Below, piece after piece: positions 36,151-57,601 of a stretch of DNA of 64,000 nt (its first letter is position 1; every line of letters starts with the position of its first letter). Source of the DNA: Tubiluchus corallicola (lineage: Eukaryota > Animalia > Priapulida); NCBI GenBank assembly GCA_030141605.1, contig JAQGDQ010000865.1:22713-86712 (forward strand), given 5' to 3'. The position numbers were made by a program, and so were the translations under genes. Below the pieces are notes generated by a model, which searched no databases, was not told the DNA's origin, and saw only the letters and a list, made by a program, of their open reading frames with translations.

Positions 36151-36544
36151 GAAACAGCAACAATTATTTAGGAGATGAGGAGAAAAAAAGAAAAGAAAAA
36201 AAAAACCTGCTAGCTTGCTTATTAGTCTTACATGTTATGTACTACAGGTATATTCATTTAGTAAGATTTTTGCATATTTTTTGGAAGCAGAAAACGAGCT
36301 ACCTTCCAAGGTGCCCTGGAATTGGTAACGATTATGCATTTCTGTGTTGCATTTTAAAAAGACATTTATTCTTGTGATCATGTGAATTTGAAGAGAAGTT
36401 GAGAATTTTACGCGAATCTTGTTATCAAACCTTGTGTGTAAAAGTTGAATGATTTGTTTCACAGAGGTCTAAACTGTTGCCTGCAACATCTGCGTTATTT
36501 AAGAGGTGATTGTATAAGTATGACAAGTACATACTAAAGTTTTC

Positions 36545-36900
36545 AATAGTAAGTAAGTAAGTAAGTAATTTTTTTTATTTTTCTCCATAAATTTACAATA
36601 ATTTGACAATAAAATACAAACAAACATGGGAGAAAGGGTGGTGAAAAACCAAAGGTTATCAAGCCAGTCAACCACCCTTCTCAGAAAGGCAGCAAGCAAA
36701 AAGATGCTAATGACAGCAGACACAACTATTAAAAACACATAAACGTCCATAAATACAAAAAAACAAAATTACAACAACAGCAAAAAACCAGTCTTTCCTA
36801 AATATAGCCAAACATTAAACATAGTCAATTATATATGGTTCAAAATAAAAGAGAATATTTTAATGTTCATGGGTTCACTAAAGAATTATTAATCTTACTG
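36545..36900 (-). mobile_element. LINE (L2-clade-like) 3' end remnant
   Basis: (TAAG)n tail, TTTATT, and a hairpin at 36634-36679 with GGCTTGATAA on the minus strand. Confidence 0.5.
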
Positions 36901-37756
36901 ACAAGATAAAGTAATTAATACTTTTGCTTAGTTAGTGAAGTCAAGTTGTTCTGATTATTGTTTGGACTCTGCCCAATGTTATCTGAATTTATCTGAAACG
37001 ACTTGCCGACAAAATGGCTGCCCCTAGCGGTCATCCATGCCTTTTAAATCTTCAAGTTCTATACGATGTTACTGGCTATAAAAGCTCCATGCACAATAAA
37101 ATAGCATGTAGATGATTTTTTAGTTTTCTGTAAGAGTAGGGGATTCTTGTCCTTTAAAAATACTTGAATTATTGTTTTATTTTTGTACATGTTTAGCAAA
37201 ATCATTGTGAAAAATAATTGTGAGTACCAATAATTCCGAATTAGTAATTGTATTTTTAATTTGTTTGCTGAAATGACCAGTTGGATAAATTTATTTATTT
37301 AATTCGTAATCAAATTCATCTTGTCACTCTTGTTCGTTATTACACAACAATATGTGTATTACTATCACCATCATTATCATCGTCATATTTTTGTCCTCAA
37401 TGACAACAGAATCAACATCAACAACATGGTGCTATTAATTAATTTATCCAATCAATCTCTCTCCTCACCCCCACTCTTTTGCCTCTCATTCTTTTCTCTC
37501 TCCTCACTCTCGCGTAAATGAAGTATTATCTGTTCATGTAGCAATTTTATGCATATATAACATAGTTATTTAATAACGGCTACTAGATGGCGCGACGGCG
37601 CCGCAAAGTCGCATGCTGAGGTGGCAACCCTAATTAATCCCATAAGCACATTTGTTATTGACATCTATCTGGTGCACGTGTGTGGGAATGTGTATATTGA
37701 ATATGTGTTAATAGTTAATAAAATTTGTTTTCTTTTAAATTTAATTTCTAATAAAA

Positions 37757-40700
37757 ATGTCATCTATAGGCAAAGGTTTAATTACTGTCTTAGACAGGAT
37801 GGTGCCTGCCCGGTACTTACCAATGTGGAATCATGCAGCAGGTGGTTAAATTTTTATACTGGTTGGGAATAGGATTCCTATTTTCAGGTTCCTCTAGCAA
37901 ACTAAATAATAGTAAATAAAAGTACGTTCACTTTTGTCACCACTCTATCCTATTGGTTATATCACACTTGTGATGTAACCACTGTTTTTTATTGTTAATC
38001 TCTGCCCAGTCTGGGATTCTCGGTTGAAAATGCATATGATCCTTGTGTGCCACTATTGTCTGTTGCATTTTTAAATCAGTAGTTAAATGATGATGCTGGT
38101 TTACAAATTTACCAAAGTGCACCACACAGATTACATATCGACTAAAATTTAATCTATTTCTATTTCTTGTTGAATTAAATGGCTTCTATCGTTTTTTTTG
38201 CAGGACCAAAAACCGTTTTCTTCTGGGCGCCTACATTTAAATGGGTAAGTCACAAATGCATTAATTCCTAGTCGATTAGAATATAAAATTTGTTATTACA
38301 AGCAAATGTGGGAAGTTACCGTAAAATTTAATTTTGACGTCTAGTATTTGAAATAATCTATAAGATATCTTAAGCAAAACCAGGCCAATGTTAAACTGTA
38401 GGTTAAAACAACTAATTCTTTAAAATATTGAAAGGAAACATACTATTTTTTAAGGAATGCCTTACGTGAAAGAATTATTACCACACAAAGACAATTTCGC
38501 ATTCGCGCCACTAGTTCTTTGCTGTTACATGCATTTGGCCATTCGTTAGTTAAACGGGCACTAGCACCTGCATTTGCATTGCACAAAAACAGGTGCTGTA
38601 CCTCCCAGTTCAGATGTGTTAGGTTGTGATGTAGTACACACGTTCTATAGCTCGTGCATGAGTGCAGCGGTAAATTTAAAATTTGAATTTTTATCTTAAA
38701 ACTTACTAGTTTATGTGCAATACATCGCATACCTTACAGTAGCACTGTACTTCAATTTACACTTTCGCAAACACGTGCGACACGCTTGTGGAAAATTTTC
38801 GCCGTCGAAAATTTTGTTAGTTAGTGATATATATATATATATTAAATCTTTATTTGTCATTAAAATGGTTCACTCATTATAATAAAATTGAGTAAGCCTC
38901 AGCGTATGTTAAAATAACCACACTGTTCAAGACAAATGCGTCCAGTGCAGACTAAAAAAACTAAAGTGCAAAACTATATACAATAAATGAACATATTTAC
39001 AAGCACCATATTAAAATATTTTTACAAAACAATATTACAAAAGTACATTAAATTTTACATGACATATTTTACACTATACATATACATTTGACATGACACA
39101 ATTAACAGAAACATGCTTACATGCTTTACATTACATAAATTTCACTCATTACAGTTACACTATTTATACATTTGACATTCTAAAACTAACATAACACATA
39201 TTACATTACATAATTCTCTTAAAAAAATTTCATTTTTAATCGTTATATGGAGTCTGGGGCAGATGAAAGTTGAGTCTGTGTAATTAATATGTCATCAATA
39301 ATTGGGCTCGCCCGGCATTGATTAAGTTTTTATTCTATTATATAATTATCAGAAACACTTTTTCAGTATTAATTGTGTTAAAAGTTTTATCGGACTTGAA
39401 AATGGGGTAGTATTATTAAAAGTCGCCATGGCTTCTTTTAGTGTAGTTGATATATACATATTACATCGTTGTGTCGTCCTATCAACTAAGGTAGTTCATG
39501 GGATCCTACTTGCTTTTTTCAGGCTTTGGTAATTGCTGGCATTGGAGACTTGAGCAGACCGGCCGAGAAACTGAGTGTGACCCAGTCTACTGCATTAGCT
39601 GCTACGGGTAGGGTGGTCAGATTTTAACAGAATTTCTTACGCCCGGGGTTAATTCATACTACTGCGTGTGTCTGCATGTATGCGTGCACGTAGAAACACC
39701 ATTGTCATATCGTTGAAACTATGTCATAAGATCATAACCAGGTAGTATCGCTTGAGTTACTGCAAACCAGGGGTGTGCAAATTATCTGACTAGCTGGGCC
39801 ACGTTAAACCTTCCCACAATTCCTCTTGGCTTGCAGTTTGGTCAAGAAGCCAAGAACAGTAGGAACCTAATAATGATTTTTTTGCATCCCGATCTGTTGC
39901 ATCATTACTGCTGCCCAGAGGAAAGCTATTCTAGAAGTTATTAAACATTAAAAGCCACTGATATCAACTTTTATGTCGGATATTGGTAATCTAATTACAA
40001 TGCACATTAGTACTCGCTCTGATTCTGATCTATAAGAACAGTACACCTGATGAAACGAAGAAACAGCCACTGATTGTGGATGTGTAACAGGGTGTCTCAA
40101 ACGTCATATTACACTTTGATTTCAAATTTTCTTTTAACATTTTTTCTAATCTCGGTAAGCTTTTACATGAGTGAGGCTTTAGGCAGTTCTTTTTATTTAT
40201 ATTTGACGGGAACTCCGTTGCCATGGAGTAAAGAGAACCTGTTAAATTATGTTAAAAGCAGTAGATCGTAATAATTAATTATGTTCATAGATGCTCGTAT
40301 GATGAAGCCTGTTAAGGAGTGGTGTCACGTGAGTACGTGATCCAGGAATTGAGGTGTCGGGGTTCCGTGCACGATATGTAAGGCGTGCAAGGCCTCCAGC
40401 TCAAGGAATTAGGCTGAGACTGAGTCTGGGAGCCGGAGCGTACAGATCAGGGGCTTTTGGCATTGCTATCTATTATATTTATTGTGTTGATGTTTAATAA
40501 ACGTGTCATTTTATAATCAGACTCTTCATAGCTTTACCATTCCTCAAGCTTCAATCAGCAGCTACACACAACCAATACAACGCAATATCCACTATACTAC
40601 GAAATTATTTTTACCTCATTGTGATGATTATCTGGGTGATGAAAAAGCTCTTCCTAATCACTCACCGGCTGTGACAGACTTTCTCGAAGCCAGATGCTCT

Positions 40701-43665
40701 GAAGCTGTTAGAGGTCCTTGAAGAACGTAGCAAAAACAGAGCAAAACCTACTAGCCTTTTCAGATCTTTCTCCAATCTGAGAAAAAGAAATCGCCCAACG
40801 CTCTAGTTTAGTTCAAGCGTAGCTATTTTCAAGCACTTTGTTTGGTTTTTTTCAAAAAGTATGGAAGATGTGAAGTGGCACCCAGAACACTAATGCAGCC
40901 CTTCGTGTTACGGGGCTGTTGTAGTAGCCCCGGCTCCATTCACACCGCAAAGATCGTGTGGAGTAACCCTTTCCATTGATTACTGGATTCTGTTGAAAAG
41001 CCAATTAATTAGAATCAATTGAGCATAAGAAATCTAAGCAAACTAACAATGGTAATATGGAATTTGTTTGGCCACCTGTAAGGATGAACTTTGGACAGCG
41101 TTGACCACTGCAGTGACATAGTGGTATGATGATGATGATAATGATGATGATGATGATATATCATTTATTATGCCTCTATAATTTGCAGGCTCAGTACATC
41201 AGTATTAAAAATGAAACCATGTACATATATTAGTCATGCACATATATACTTGATGATGGTGATGATGATGATGACGACGACGATGACGGTGATGATGATG
41301 ATGATGACGACGACGGTGATGATGATGATGATGATAAATCATTTATTACACCTTTATTTGCAGGCTCAGTACATCAGTATTAAAAATGAAACCATGTACA
41401 GGTATTAGTCATGCACATATATACTTGATGATGGTGATGATGACGACGACGGTGATGATGATGATGATGACGACGGTGATGATGATGATGTTGATAAATC
41501 ATTTATTACACCTTTATTTGCAGGCTCAGTACATCAGTGTTGACAATGAAACCATGTACATATATTAGTCATGCACATATATACTTGATGATGATACATG
41601 GATATCATTCCCCATTTCAATGCCTGGCAGTTTTTTCAAACAGTTTTTTGCTTTTGAACAAATTCTTTCATTATGAATTTTCTATAAGTTAGAACCTGCA
41701 CAGGCATTTCTAGTAAATCTTTAGTTTTGAGATTCTTAGGTTGAAAACAATTCTAAAAAACTGTCTCAGGTCTAGCAGATGGGCGAGAACACAGAGTTTT
41801 GTGATCACAGACGGCTGATAGTGGTATAAGGCATCTGAAATGTAGGCAGAAGGTCCCAGGTTCAAATCCACCCTTACATTTCCCGTTTTTGAATAATTTC
41901 TAAATAATTATGAAATTCAATTTATTGCGCGTTTGTAGCATCATAATGATATGCCAAATTTTTAAATGGTATAGCGGGACGAGACGCTTAACCATTGGAG
42001 GGAGTTTTTTAACCACATTCAAGCATCAGCCAATGAAATAGTTGGAGAAACGTGGCAGATGAAACTGACCACAATTAGTTTTTCTGGTGCTCACCCATCT
42101 GTTTACCACTTACCAGGTCCCGTGTTGCTTAGTTTTGCAGCCTAGCACACGCTTGTCCTATTCTGTCACTTCTCTCTTACTTTTATTAAGACAAATATTA
42201 CTTTTTATAGGTTGTATCTGGTCCAGGTATTCGATGGTCATCATTCCTAAGAACTATAACTTGTTTGGCGTCAATATTTTTGTCGCTGCGACCGGCCTCT
42301 TCCAGCTGTACAGGATTTTTCGGTAAAAATTTTTCCTACTATAAATTCCTATTCGAAAATGTGTCTGATTTAAGCTCACCAGACTACTGCAATTATTGCC
42401 TATAGGAGCAAGTCTGCCATCTGTTTCTGCATACTTTCATATCTGACCTCGCTTTTACGGATATTGGAAAATTGATACAAAATCTGGTCCGTAGAACTAT
42501 GAATTTATTTCACACTTCAAAATACAATATCAAACAGATTAATAAACTTTAAATAAAATGATTTGAGTAGTGCGAGGTGAGTGTATGACCACACGGTCAT
42601 TAACACACTCACCTTACTTAAATGAAAAATGATTATAGTTATGCATGCTTCTGTAGATAACTTAATGTAAATAAGGACGAAGTAAATGATGTAATAATAG
42701 CAATGGTATAAGAGCAATAAACCTGAAAGTTGAAAAAGGAAAACATAATATGTAATTACGATTTTGAGTAAGCCTTAAAGAGTGAAAATTTTTTTTAAAT
42801 AGTTACGAATATGAATTATGTGATTATCTGTCAATGCACCACTTACTTGTATTACAATGCACCATATTGCTTACTGGAATATACAATGATATATATATAT
42901 ATATATATATATATACTCAAATTTAAGTGGGGGATGTATAATTTAATCTAGAAATAGAAATAGAATGTCCCGCTTGCTACGGACACAGTCCGTTATTTTG
43001 CGAGCTGACTGCTAGTTGGTGGGCCGTCACTTTGTTTACATCCAAACAGCATGTAACATAAGTGTACATAAGCGACTCGCGTATGACTTGTATGTCAGTG
43101 TGTTTAGTGGTTTAATGTCAATTATGCAGAGTTATTTGAGTCAATTGCTGACAGTTTTTATATAGTTTTGCATAGGAGCGGCCAGTACTAGACGTTTCTG
43201 AGGCAATTAGGCAATTGATTCTACATTACCGTGAGTCTAATACACGGCGCCCACTGTATTAACTTAGTATTGGTAAATATGGACTATTGGCAAATTCGGT
43301 GCGCCTCCGTTTTTGTCCGGCATAGCGAGATATGAGTTTATTGGTTGTTTAAAGGAGTGAATGTATTAGGCAGATGGAAATCAAAAAATAATGAAATCAG
43401 TGGAAGCAAAGTCTGTCAACCCTTTACTTTGCCACATTTGCATTTCCTATCAGTTTAGCTGCAAAACTTGAACTTGTCTTTATCTTCGGATCTTCTAGAA
43501 AACAAGAGCTGGTCTGCAGAATACACTGCGACATCTGTTGCCAAGAAGCTATGCAAACATTGCTAATCAGCGTCATTTTGATAGTAATAGTTAGTTTTGT
43601 TAATTGGCTTTACTTTCAAAAGTAAAAATGATTTTTCTTTCAGCTACAGACAAAGTTTGGAGTAA
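37757..43665 (+). CDS. MPC2: Mitochondrial pyruvate carrier 2, 114 aa, 5 exons
   Basis: Exons 37757-37841, 38204-38244, 39523-39607, 42211-42322, 43644-43665 (345 nt, all GT-AG, phases consistent). Translation: MSSIGKGLITVLDRMVPARYLPMWNHAAGPKTVFFWAPTFKWALVIAGIGDLSRPAEKLSVTQSTALAATGCIWSRYSMVIIPKNYNLFGVNIFVAATGLFQLYRIFRYRQSLE. NHxAGPxTVFFWAP and IWSRYSxVIIPKN are MPC2 motifs. Confidence 0.95.
38373..39425 (-). mobile_element. Dispersed Kolobok-like repeat, copy 2, split by a LINE-tail-like insertion (about 38828-39290)
   Basis: Reverse complement of 16160-16763. The sequence contiguous in copy 1 (TGTGAT|GTCATCAATA) is interrupted here by (AT)n-TAAATCTTTATT.. AT-rich DNA. Confidence 0.65.
39768..40012 (+). 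mobile_element. 5' fragment of the hAT MITE family at 1521
   Basis: CAGGGGTGTGCAAATTATCTGACTAGCTGGGCCAC.. is colinear with 1521-1775. Confidence 0.85.
40299..40539 (+). mobile_element. Possible short solo LTR
   Basis: TGATGAAGC...GCTTTACCA (TG..CA, imperfect inverted ends), GC-richer body, AATAAA near the 3' end. No TSD and no second copy. Confidence 0.3.
41125..41598. repeat. About three tandem units of 170-185 bp, each containing a (GAT/GAC)n tract
   Basis: TCATTTATTA..TTTGCAGGCTCAGTACATCAGT..AATGAAACCATGTACA..TTAGTCATGCACATATATACTTG is repeated three times. Confidence 0.9.
42965..43340 (-). mobile_element. Partial inverted copy of the MITE at 17240 (empty SINE site)
   Basis: The reverse complement reads ..TAATACAGTGGGCGCCGTGTATTAGACTCACGGTAATGTAGAAT.., contiguous across the site occupied by the SINE at 17328. 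Confidence 0.75.
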
Positions 43666-44252
43666 TTCGGTTTGTAGCATTAGTCAGGATTTATGATGAC
43701 GCAGAATCATTGTCTGTTACTCGAGATCCTCGAAACGTGTTCCTCAGGGCTTTAGTGTGTGACATTTTTCGAAACACTGTTATTTCAAGCTGTAAAAGTG
43801 TGAGATCACCGAGTGTCTGTACTGTGATATTAATCAGCCACAATAATCATTGTTTATTTTTCTAACTGACCAGATTTCTACTTTATTGCGATGATGTAAT
43901 ACTGTAATTAGTAGTAATTTCGCTTATCAAGTAATTTTCGCATAATTTTAAATTGCCTAACAGCAGATAATGATTATTATATATATTGTATGTTAATAAT
44001 TGTAGAGTAGCACTCTGTGTCTTAAATACAGCAATATCTAGATGTAGCTAGGTGCTGTTTCACAGCTTTTCTGCTTGTCATAGTTTAGCAAACAGTTGCC
44101 GTTTGAGTGTTTGTACCAGTGGGGAAGTTGTATTTGTTGTCTGTGTTTGATAGCCGTTTTTTAAAATGCTTATAAAATGTTATTAAACGTTTTGTTACCA
44201 GAATTAATGCTTCTTTTGTGATTGTTTTGTGCCCACTGACCTCTGTGACCGG

Positions 44253-44463
44253 TAGGGGTGAGCATTCTCTACCAGAAAGCGAATTCAAATTGAACCGAAT
44301 TTCAGTTTTTCGAACCTGAATCGAATTCGAATTGAGTTTGAACGATTTTTGTGCAGGTGATGATATTGTGGTTGATGTGCTGAATTATTCGAATCTATAA
44401 TTTTAAGTGTGAATCGAATCTGAATGTTCGAATTCGATTCCGAAATTTCGATGCCCACCCATA
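44253..44463. mobile_element. hAT-type MITE
   Basis: Perfect 8-bp TSD GTGACCGG (44245-44252, 44464-44471). TIRs TAGGGGTGAGCAT / ATGCCCACCCATA. Subterminal TTCGAA/CGAAT repeats. Confidence 0.88.
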
Positions 44464-45383
44464 GTGACCGGTGTTAGAGGTTCGATGTGGACTAATTATT
44501 GCAAAGTCTCTTCATCATAATAATTATTATAGTGTTTAAGGGTTTTGTTTATAACTATCACAGTCGATAGCAGCTGTCATATAGTGTGCATTTACTATCG
44601 TTGCATAACTTCGTCAACAAACAGTTGGTCAGCATGATGACAAGTCAAATAAAGAAGACAACTACAATTGTTGAAAATTTTGATAGCGTAGTGATACATG
44701 GAAAATAAATAATTACTGACGACCTGGTGTGTGACGATGTCACAAATTAATAATTATTGCATAGCGCAATGATTCCCTATAAGTTACGTAGATTTAGTGA
44801 AGAAAATGGAAGACAGTGAATTGCCTTTCAAATCTTAATAACTCAGCTGGCTGTGCGGCTTTAATGCTAAACCCTCAATTTGCTTTTAAAAATACTAACA
44901 TTTGGCACACTTATGACATCGCCTGGCAAGACATTCCAGCAGGAAATAGCTCTTTCGGTGAAAAGTGGCTTCTAACGTTAGTATGATAGAAACCCTGGAA
45001 CAGTTTCTTCAAAAGTCCACATAGGTCATAGCGACGATGAGAGTTAAAGTCCAAAAAAATCGAGAGGCATAGTGATTGAGATTTTGTGACGTTCCGTATG
45101 AATAAAATCAGTTTCCTTTTCTGATTCTGAAGCGCTTTGGTGGAGTGAAACTTACGTCGTAGCAGGTGATTCGTAGCCTTGAGTAGAATCCGTACGTCAT
45201 ATTTTCAACTTCGTACGTTTTGTTGAAAATTTCTGGGAATTTTTTGGCGTCAAAAGATATAGTTACTGTATTATTTCTGCGTTGTTTTCCGTGCCGACGA
45301 AATTAAATTACGTGTGAAAAGTAAAGACTTGGCGTGATGCGAAGATGAAAATTGTTGACATTAACGTGTCATTTTAAACAAAT

Positions 45384-53044
<7,661 letters not shown>

Positions 53045-53224
53045 GAAGAGTTTTACATTAAGCAATGCACAGAATCACCATTCCAAAGGAATTCCATATG
53101 TATTCTACTGTATTCTTCGCACATCCGAACTCAAGCAAACGTTATCTGGCACTGTATGGATTTTACCACTAGTTCCGTTGGTACCATTTATTTCTGTTAA
53201 ATGTCTTTTGTGCCCGTATGAGAG

Positions 53225-54065
53225 CAGGGTCGTCTTACATCATTATAGGCCCCCTGGGCCCTACCCCCCCCCCATTCACAGGAATAAAATGTAAAAGGTT
53301 GATAAAATGAAACACATATTTATGGTATTGGTGCTTGCAACCAAATGAGTGTTTGGACATTAAAAATGACGCTATACAGTGTTCCCTTGCTACTTCGCGG
53401 TTTGTTTATCGCTGTTTCGCGGGTTCTTGCAGTACTCCATCTAAAGTATTTTTGCATGTGCGTAGTACAGTAACATATAGATTTAAAGAATTTTGCGCAA
53501 AAAATCACAAAATGTTATAAAAATCTATTAAAAACATTCATTCTAACATTAAAAGAATATTATAAATCATAAAAAATTAGCATTTACGGTAAATAGTGTA
53601 TTTATTCGGCAGATGAATACACACCAAAAACGAAATGTAGTACTTGCGCCCGCTTGAGATGGTACTTGCCGACGTGAGATTGTACACAACACACGATTGG
53701 TTGATTGATGGAAAGCGACCAACCAGGGAACTACTAAAATAAGTATAGCGTCCCTACTTCGCGGAAATTCACTTATCGCGGGTGGGCCTGGAACGGAACA
53801 CCCGGGATAAGTGAGGTGACACTGTACAGCAAAAATTAATCAATACAAACGTTTGAATACAACACAACACAACATGAGCCTTGAAAAAACACAAAACTTT
53901 AACGTATAATTGATAAACAGATGGAGATTGTCAGACAATAAGAAATACGTAGTAATAGTATCTTTTATTGACAGTAAGTCACAACATACGTAGATTAGCA
54001 TGGGCCTCTGTGCTTGCGGGCCTCCGGTCAACTGTCCAGCATGCTAATGCATTAAGACGACCCTG
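53225..54065. mobile_element. hAT-type MITE downstream of the ARL3 stop, hosting a nested element
   Basis: TIRs CAGGGTCGTCTTA / TAAGACGACCCTG. 8-bp TSD TATGAGAG / TATGAGAA (1 mismatch). GGGCCC subterminal motifs. Confidence 0.88.
53377..53824. mobile_element. pogo/Tigger-type MITE nested in the hAT MITE
   Basis: TA|CAGTGTTCCCTTGCTACTTCGCGG ... CCGGGATAAGTGAGGTGACACTG|TA. Confidence 0.82.
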
Positions 54066-54719
54066 TATGAGAACGTATGATCATTTTCCTGTTTATCTAA
54101 ACATTCCATTGCACAGTACTTTATAATCGTGATCATCAGCTTCTAGAACTAAGCAATTACTCTCCTTTGTCGTGTATTTTGCACTTAGTGCAGAGTAAAA
54201 ACAAGCGAAATTTGTTTCGTAAAATATCTCTGTGCATCACAATCTGTGGTGGTCGACTTGCCCTAGAAATATGAATCTTTTTGTGCCATTTGTTGCGACT
54301 CGGTTGTTCTGGGTGCTTGTGTCAATTTTTCGCGTATTTTATTTAATTATTAATGAATTTATTTATGTTTGTACGAGAAACGCTGACTGCTACTGTATGA
54401 ATATGTATCAGTTGTGTTGTTTGCAATCTAGTCATTTTTGTTAAGTAATGTAAGCGTTTCCATTCTGTCTCTAAAATAATGGTGAGTTATCGCTATGGTA
54501 ATGTACTCTGCTTAAATGGATTTTCTTTTGTGCTCATGTGCGGTGCCGGCTCGTAGCTAAAATTAGTGAGCGGCACTCCTCAGGTAAATTTTTAGCCATT
54601 GTTTTAATACTGTATAAAACAAAACAAACACATGTAATTTTAATGTTGTAATTTTGAACAAACAAACATAGTAGATTGTTTTTACTTACAGTTTAAGATT
54701 GGGTCCGGTTTTGCTTTAA

Positions 54720-55129
54720 AGGACAAGAAAATGGCCAACCAAAGTATAATCTTAAGCGAATAAAGTACTCACGTTTTCGCATTTACTCCAATTTTTGTGA
54801 AATATTTCAACCACTGCAGTAAACGTTGGCGAAGACATGTTTCATTTATTCCGCTAATTGAAAAGCCAGCACGTGACTGATCACGTGGCATGACGTCACT
54901 CGAACACAGTCGCAGTGAGTTCTGAGCACGTGTACTATAAAGATTTGTGGTTCTGTAACGCCCATAATATGGCGCCGCCGTGACAGTCTTGCGGGAGAAT
55001 TGTAAAATGGAAACAAACAGGAAATTCTTTTAACGTGAGTACGATAAACGCTTAAGATTGCCTCTAACCGTTATAATTCTTTACTGAAAATTTTCTGAGA
55101 CTTGCTTTAACTAGGTTTTTTCTTGTCAT
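54720..55129. mobile_element. Kolobok-like MITE
   Basis: TTAA|AGGACAAGAAAA ... TTTTCTTGTCAT|TTAA. Subterminal inverted repeat AATCTTAAGCGAATAAAGTACTCACGTT / AACGTGAGTACGATAAACGCTTAAGATT. Confidence 0.75.
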
Positions 55130-55764
55130 TTAAAAAGGTTTGATTGTATATTGATAGTTTTTCATACTGAAGGAAATTTACTTTAGCTTTACCTTACAGG
55201 AAAAAATTTACAATTCCACGCTGTTACTTTACATTATTTTTACTTTAAAATTACCTGGTACTAGATTTCGGCATCATTTTACGCCTAGCTTTGGTTAGGA
55301 AAGCTATTGAACTGTTCATTTCTTTTCATTTTTGTTTATTGTTTTTCACAATTTCTGTGTGATGAATAATTCTGGTAGCATGATGGTGGTGTGATGGTAT
55401 ACTGTTTGTTTTACCAAGTCAAGTTCATGGCTACTAGTTTTAACACTTAAGCGAAGTATTAGTTCAACACTTTTAGCAGATGACAACATCAGTGTGTAAA
55501 CAGTGGTAATCATATAAATGTTAGTTTAAACAATGTAATATGCATAAAGTGCTGACATCTGTTGATACAAAAATGGAGCTTATAAGCTGGTGCATGTTTA
55601 AGCTATCTATTTACAAGTATTGCTTTTTCAGTGAGATAAAAACAGCTGTTTAAATTGTTTAGGAAGCAGATTAGTATTTTGTTTTGAATCTCTGTACTAT
55701 TGTGATCCCGTGCCGTCCATGATTACGTATTGTATGATAAATATATCACGGTATAAATAATCTA

Positions 55765-56150
55765 TAATCTTTTTTATTTATCTTGAAACACACACACAGT
55801 TATAATACAATTATAATAATACAATTTGGAAACAAAAATGTGAAGAAAGGGCAGCGAAAGACCAATTGGTCATCCAGTCAGCTGCCCTTTGGTTAGTCAT
55901 GAGCATTTTTATAAGTGTATTAGTATTAGCACTGCTTATAATAAAGATTTAATTGTTACGAATGACATTAAATTGATATGCTTATAACATGTTAATACAA
56001 TTCATACACAGGAATAATAAGTTCATAATAAAAAAAAATCAAACAAGAAGTGAAAATAAAAATCTGACAACGGAAACAATGACAACTGAAATATACTTTA
56101 TAACAAAAGCATAATTCTTAGACAGTCAAAAATAAATTATGATGTAAATA
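55765..56150 (-). mobile_element. LINE (L2-clade-like) 3' end remnant
   Basis: TTTATT followed by the hairpin AAAGGGCAGC..GCTGCCCTTT (55846-55890), homologous to those at 35775 and 36634. Confidence 0.45.
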
Positions 56151-56784
56151 ATAGAACTGAGAATCAGGTTTATCTATATATTGGGATACTGAAGTATATT
56201 AAATTGGGCATTAATTTTCATGCACAGGTATATTTTATACAGAAGTTATAAAATATCAACTGTTTACAGTTTTTGCATATTACATTTGCACTCAATAAAA
56301 CTACTGTAGAATACATTTTACTTGCGACAACAAATTCGTAACAGATGTTAAAGTTTATACGACAATATTTATTTGAAATTAAATATTTATGCCAGAATTA
56401 TTATAAAATTCACGACTCATTAGAAATTCCAGGAGAAAACGAAGGTGATATTCTGTTGCCTAGACAAAACTGCACAGCATCTGTAATAGTCATTCATAAT
56501 TAATGATATCTGCAGATCAATAAAAGATATATGCTTCGTTACTGCAATATACATGATTAGGTTGGGTTTATGGTAAGAGCGAAAGTCGCAGCGAATCTAG
56601 ATAATTGTTTAACTTCATACATTAAAGTCAGAAAGTAGAAATATGTTAAATAAAGATACATACAAGATAGCTTACAGAAATGCAAGTTTTTAACAATTGT
56701 TTAAGATGATATTAGTTAGAATGTAATACGTGTAGCAAATCATCAAACAAAAATAAATGTGACATACAATATTCTAATGCACTG

Positions 56785-57065
56785 TATATTACATTATATT
56801 ATATTATATTATATATAATATAATATATTATATTATATTATATTATATTATATTATATTATATTATATTATATTATATTATATTATATTATATTATATTA
56901 TATTATATTATATTATATTATATTATATTATATTATATTATATTATATTATATTACATTACATTACATTACATTACATTACATTACATTATATTATACTA
57001 TATTATAGTATAATTTAGTCTATTACAATATGTTATATTATATTATATTATACAATATTATATTG
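56785..57065. repeat. (TATAT)n/(TACAT)n pentanucleotide microsatellite
   Basis: Direct repeats. Confidence 0.97.
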
Positions 57066-57148
57066 TATGGCATATGCAGCTAACTCCATAAATTCTCTAA
57101 GCTAAAAGTAGTATTTTAAAAGTAATATCAGTTATTATTATTATGCTA

Positions 57149-57601
57149 CATGGTGGCCCACAAAAAATGACAAATTTTCACTTAACACAAATGAACAATT
57201 GGCAAATACTAAACACGTTTTTAGTGTAAGCTGTGGAATTATTTTAGTTACACGATTTCGTTCTGAAATGTACAGTTTTAGTTCCGTGTTTCGACCTTGA
57301 CACAATGGCACAATTGTACCAACACTTTTAATTTGATTTGCCTTTAAGTATTAACAATAAACATTCTATATATTCCTGGCAAAATCAGAAGAAATCACAT
57401 TCAAAAATTTTGGAAATATTTCATAACAAACACCATTTATAACTGATTTCATAACAAGTGCCAATCATAGCTGATTTCACAAGAAACACCAAATCTACTT
57501 TACACACAAAATGGTTATTATGATAAAAACTGCTTAACACAAGAAAACAACAGTACAGCCTGAAAAAGAATGCTTCATATCATTTTTAATGGGCCACCTT
57601 G
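57149..57601. mobile_element. Tc1/mariner-type MITE
   Basis: TA|CATGGTGGCCCACAAAAAATGA ... TCATTTTTAATGGGCCACCTTG|TA. Confidence 0.75.

Noticed and set aside
40040-40100. Hammerhead ribozyme (CTGATGA..GAAAC)
   Set aside because: No stem II and no compatible cleavage triplet or stem I pairing.
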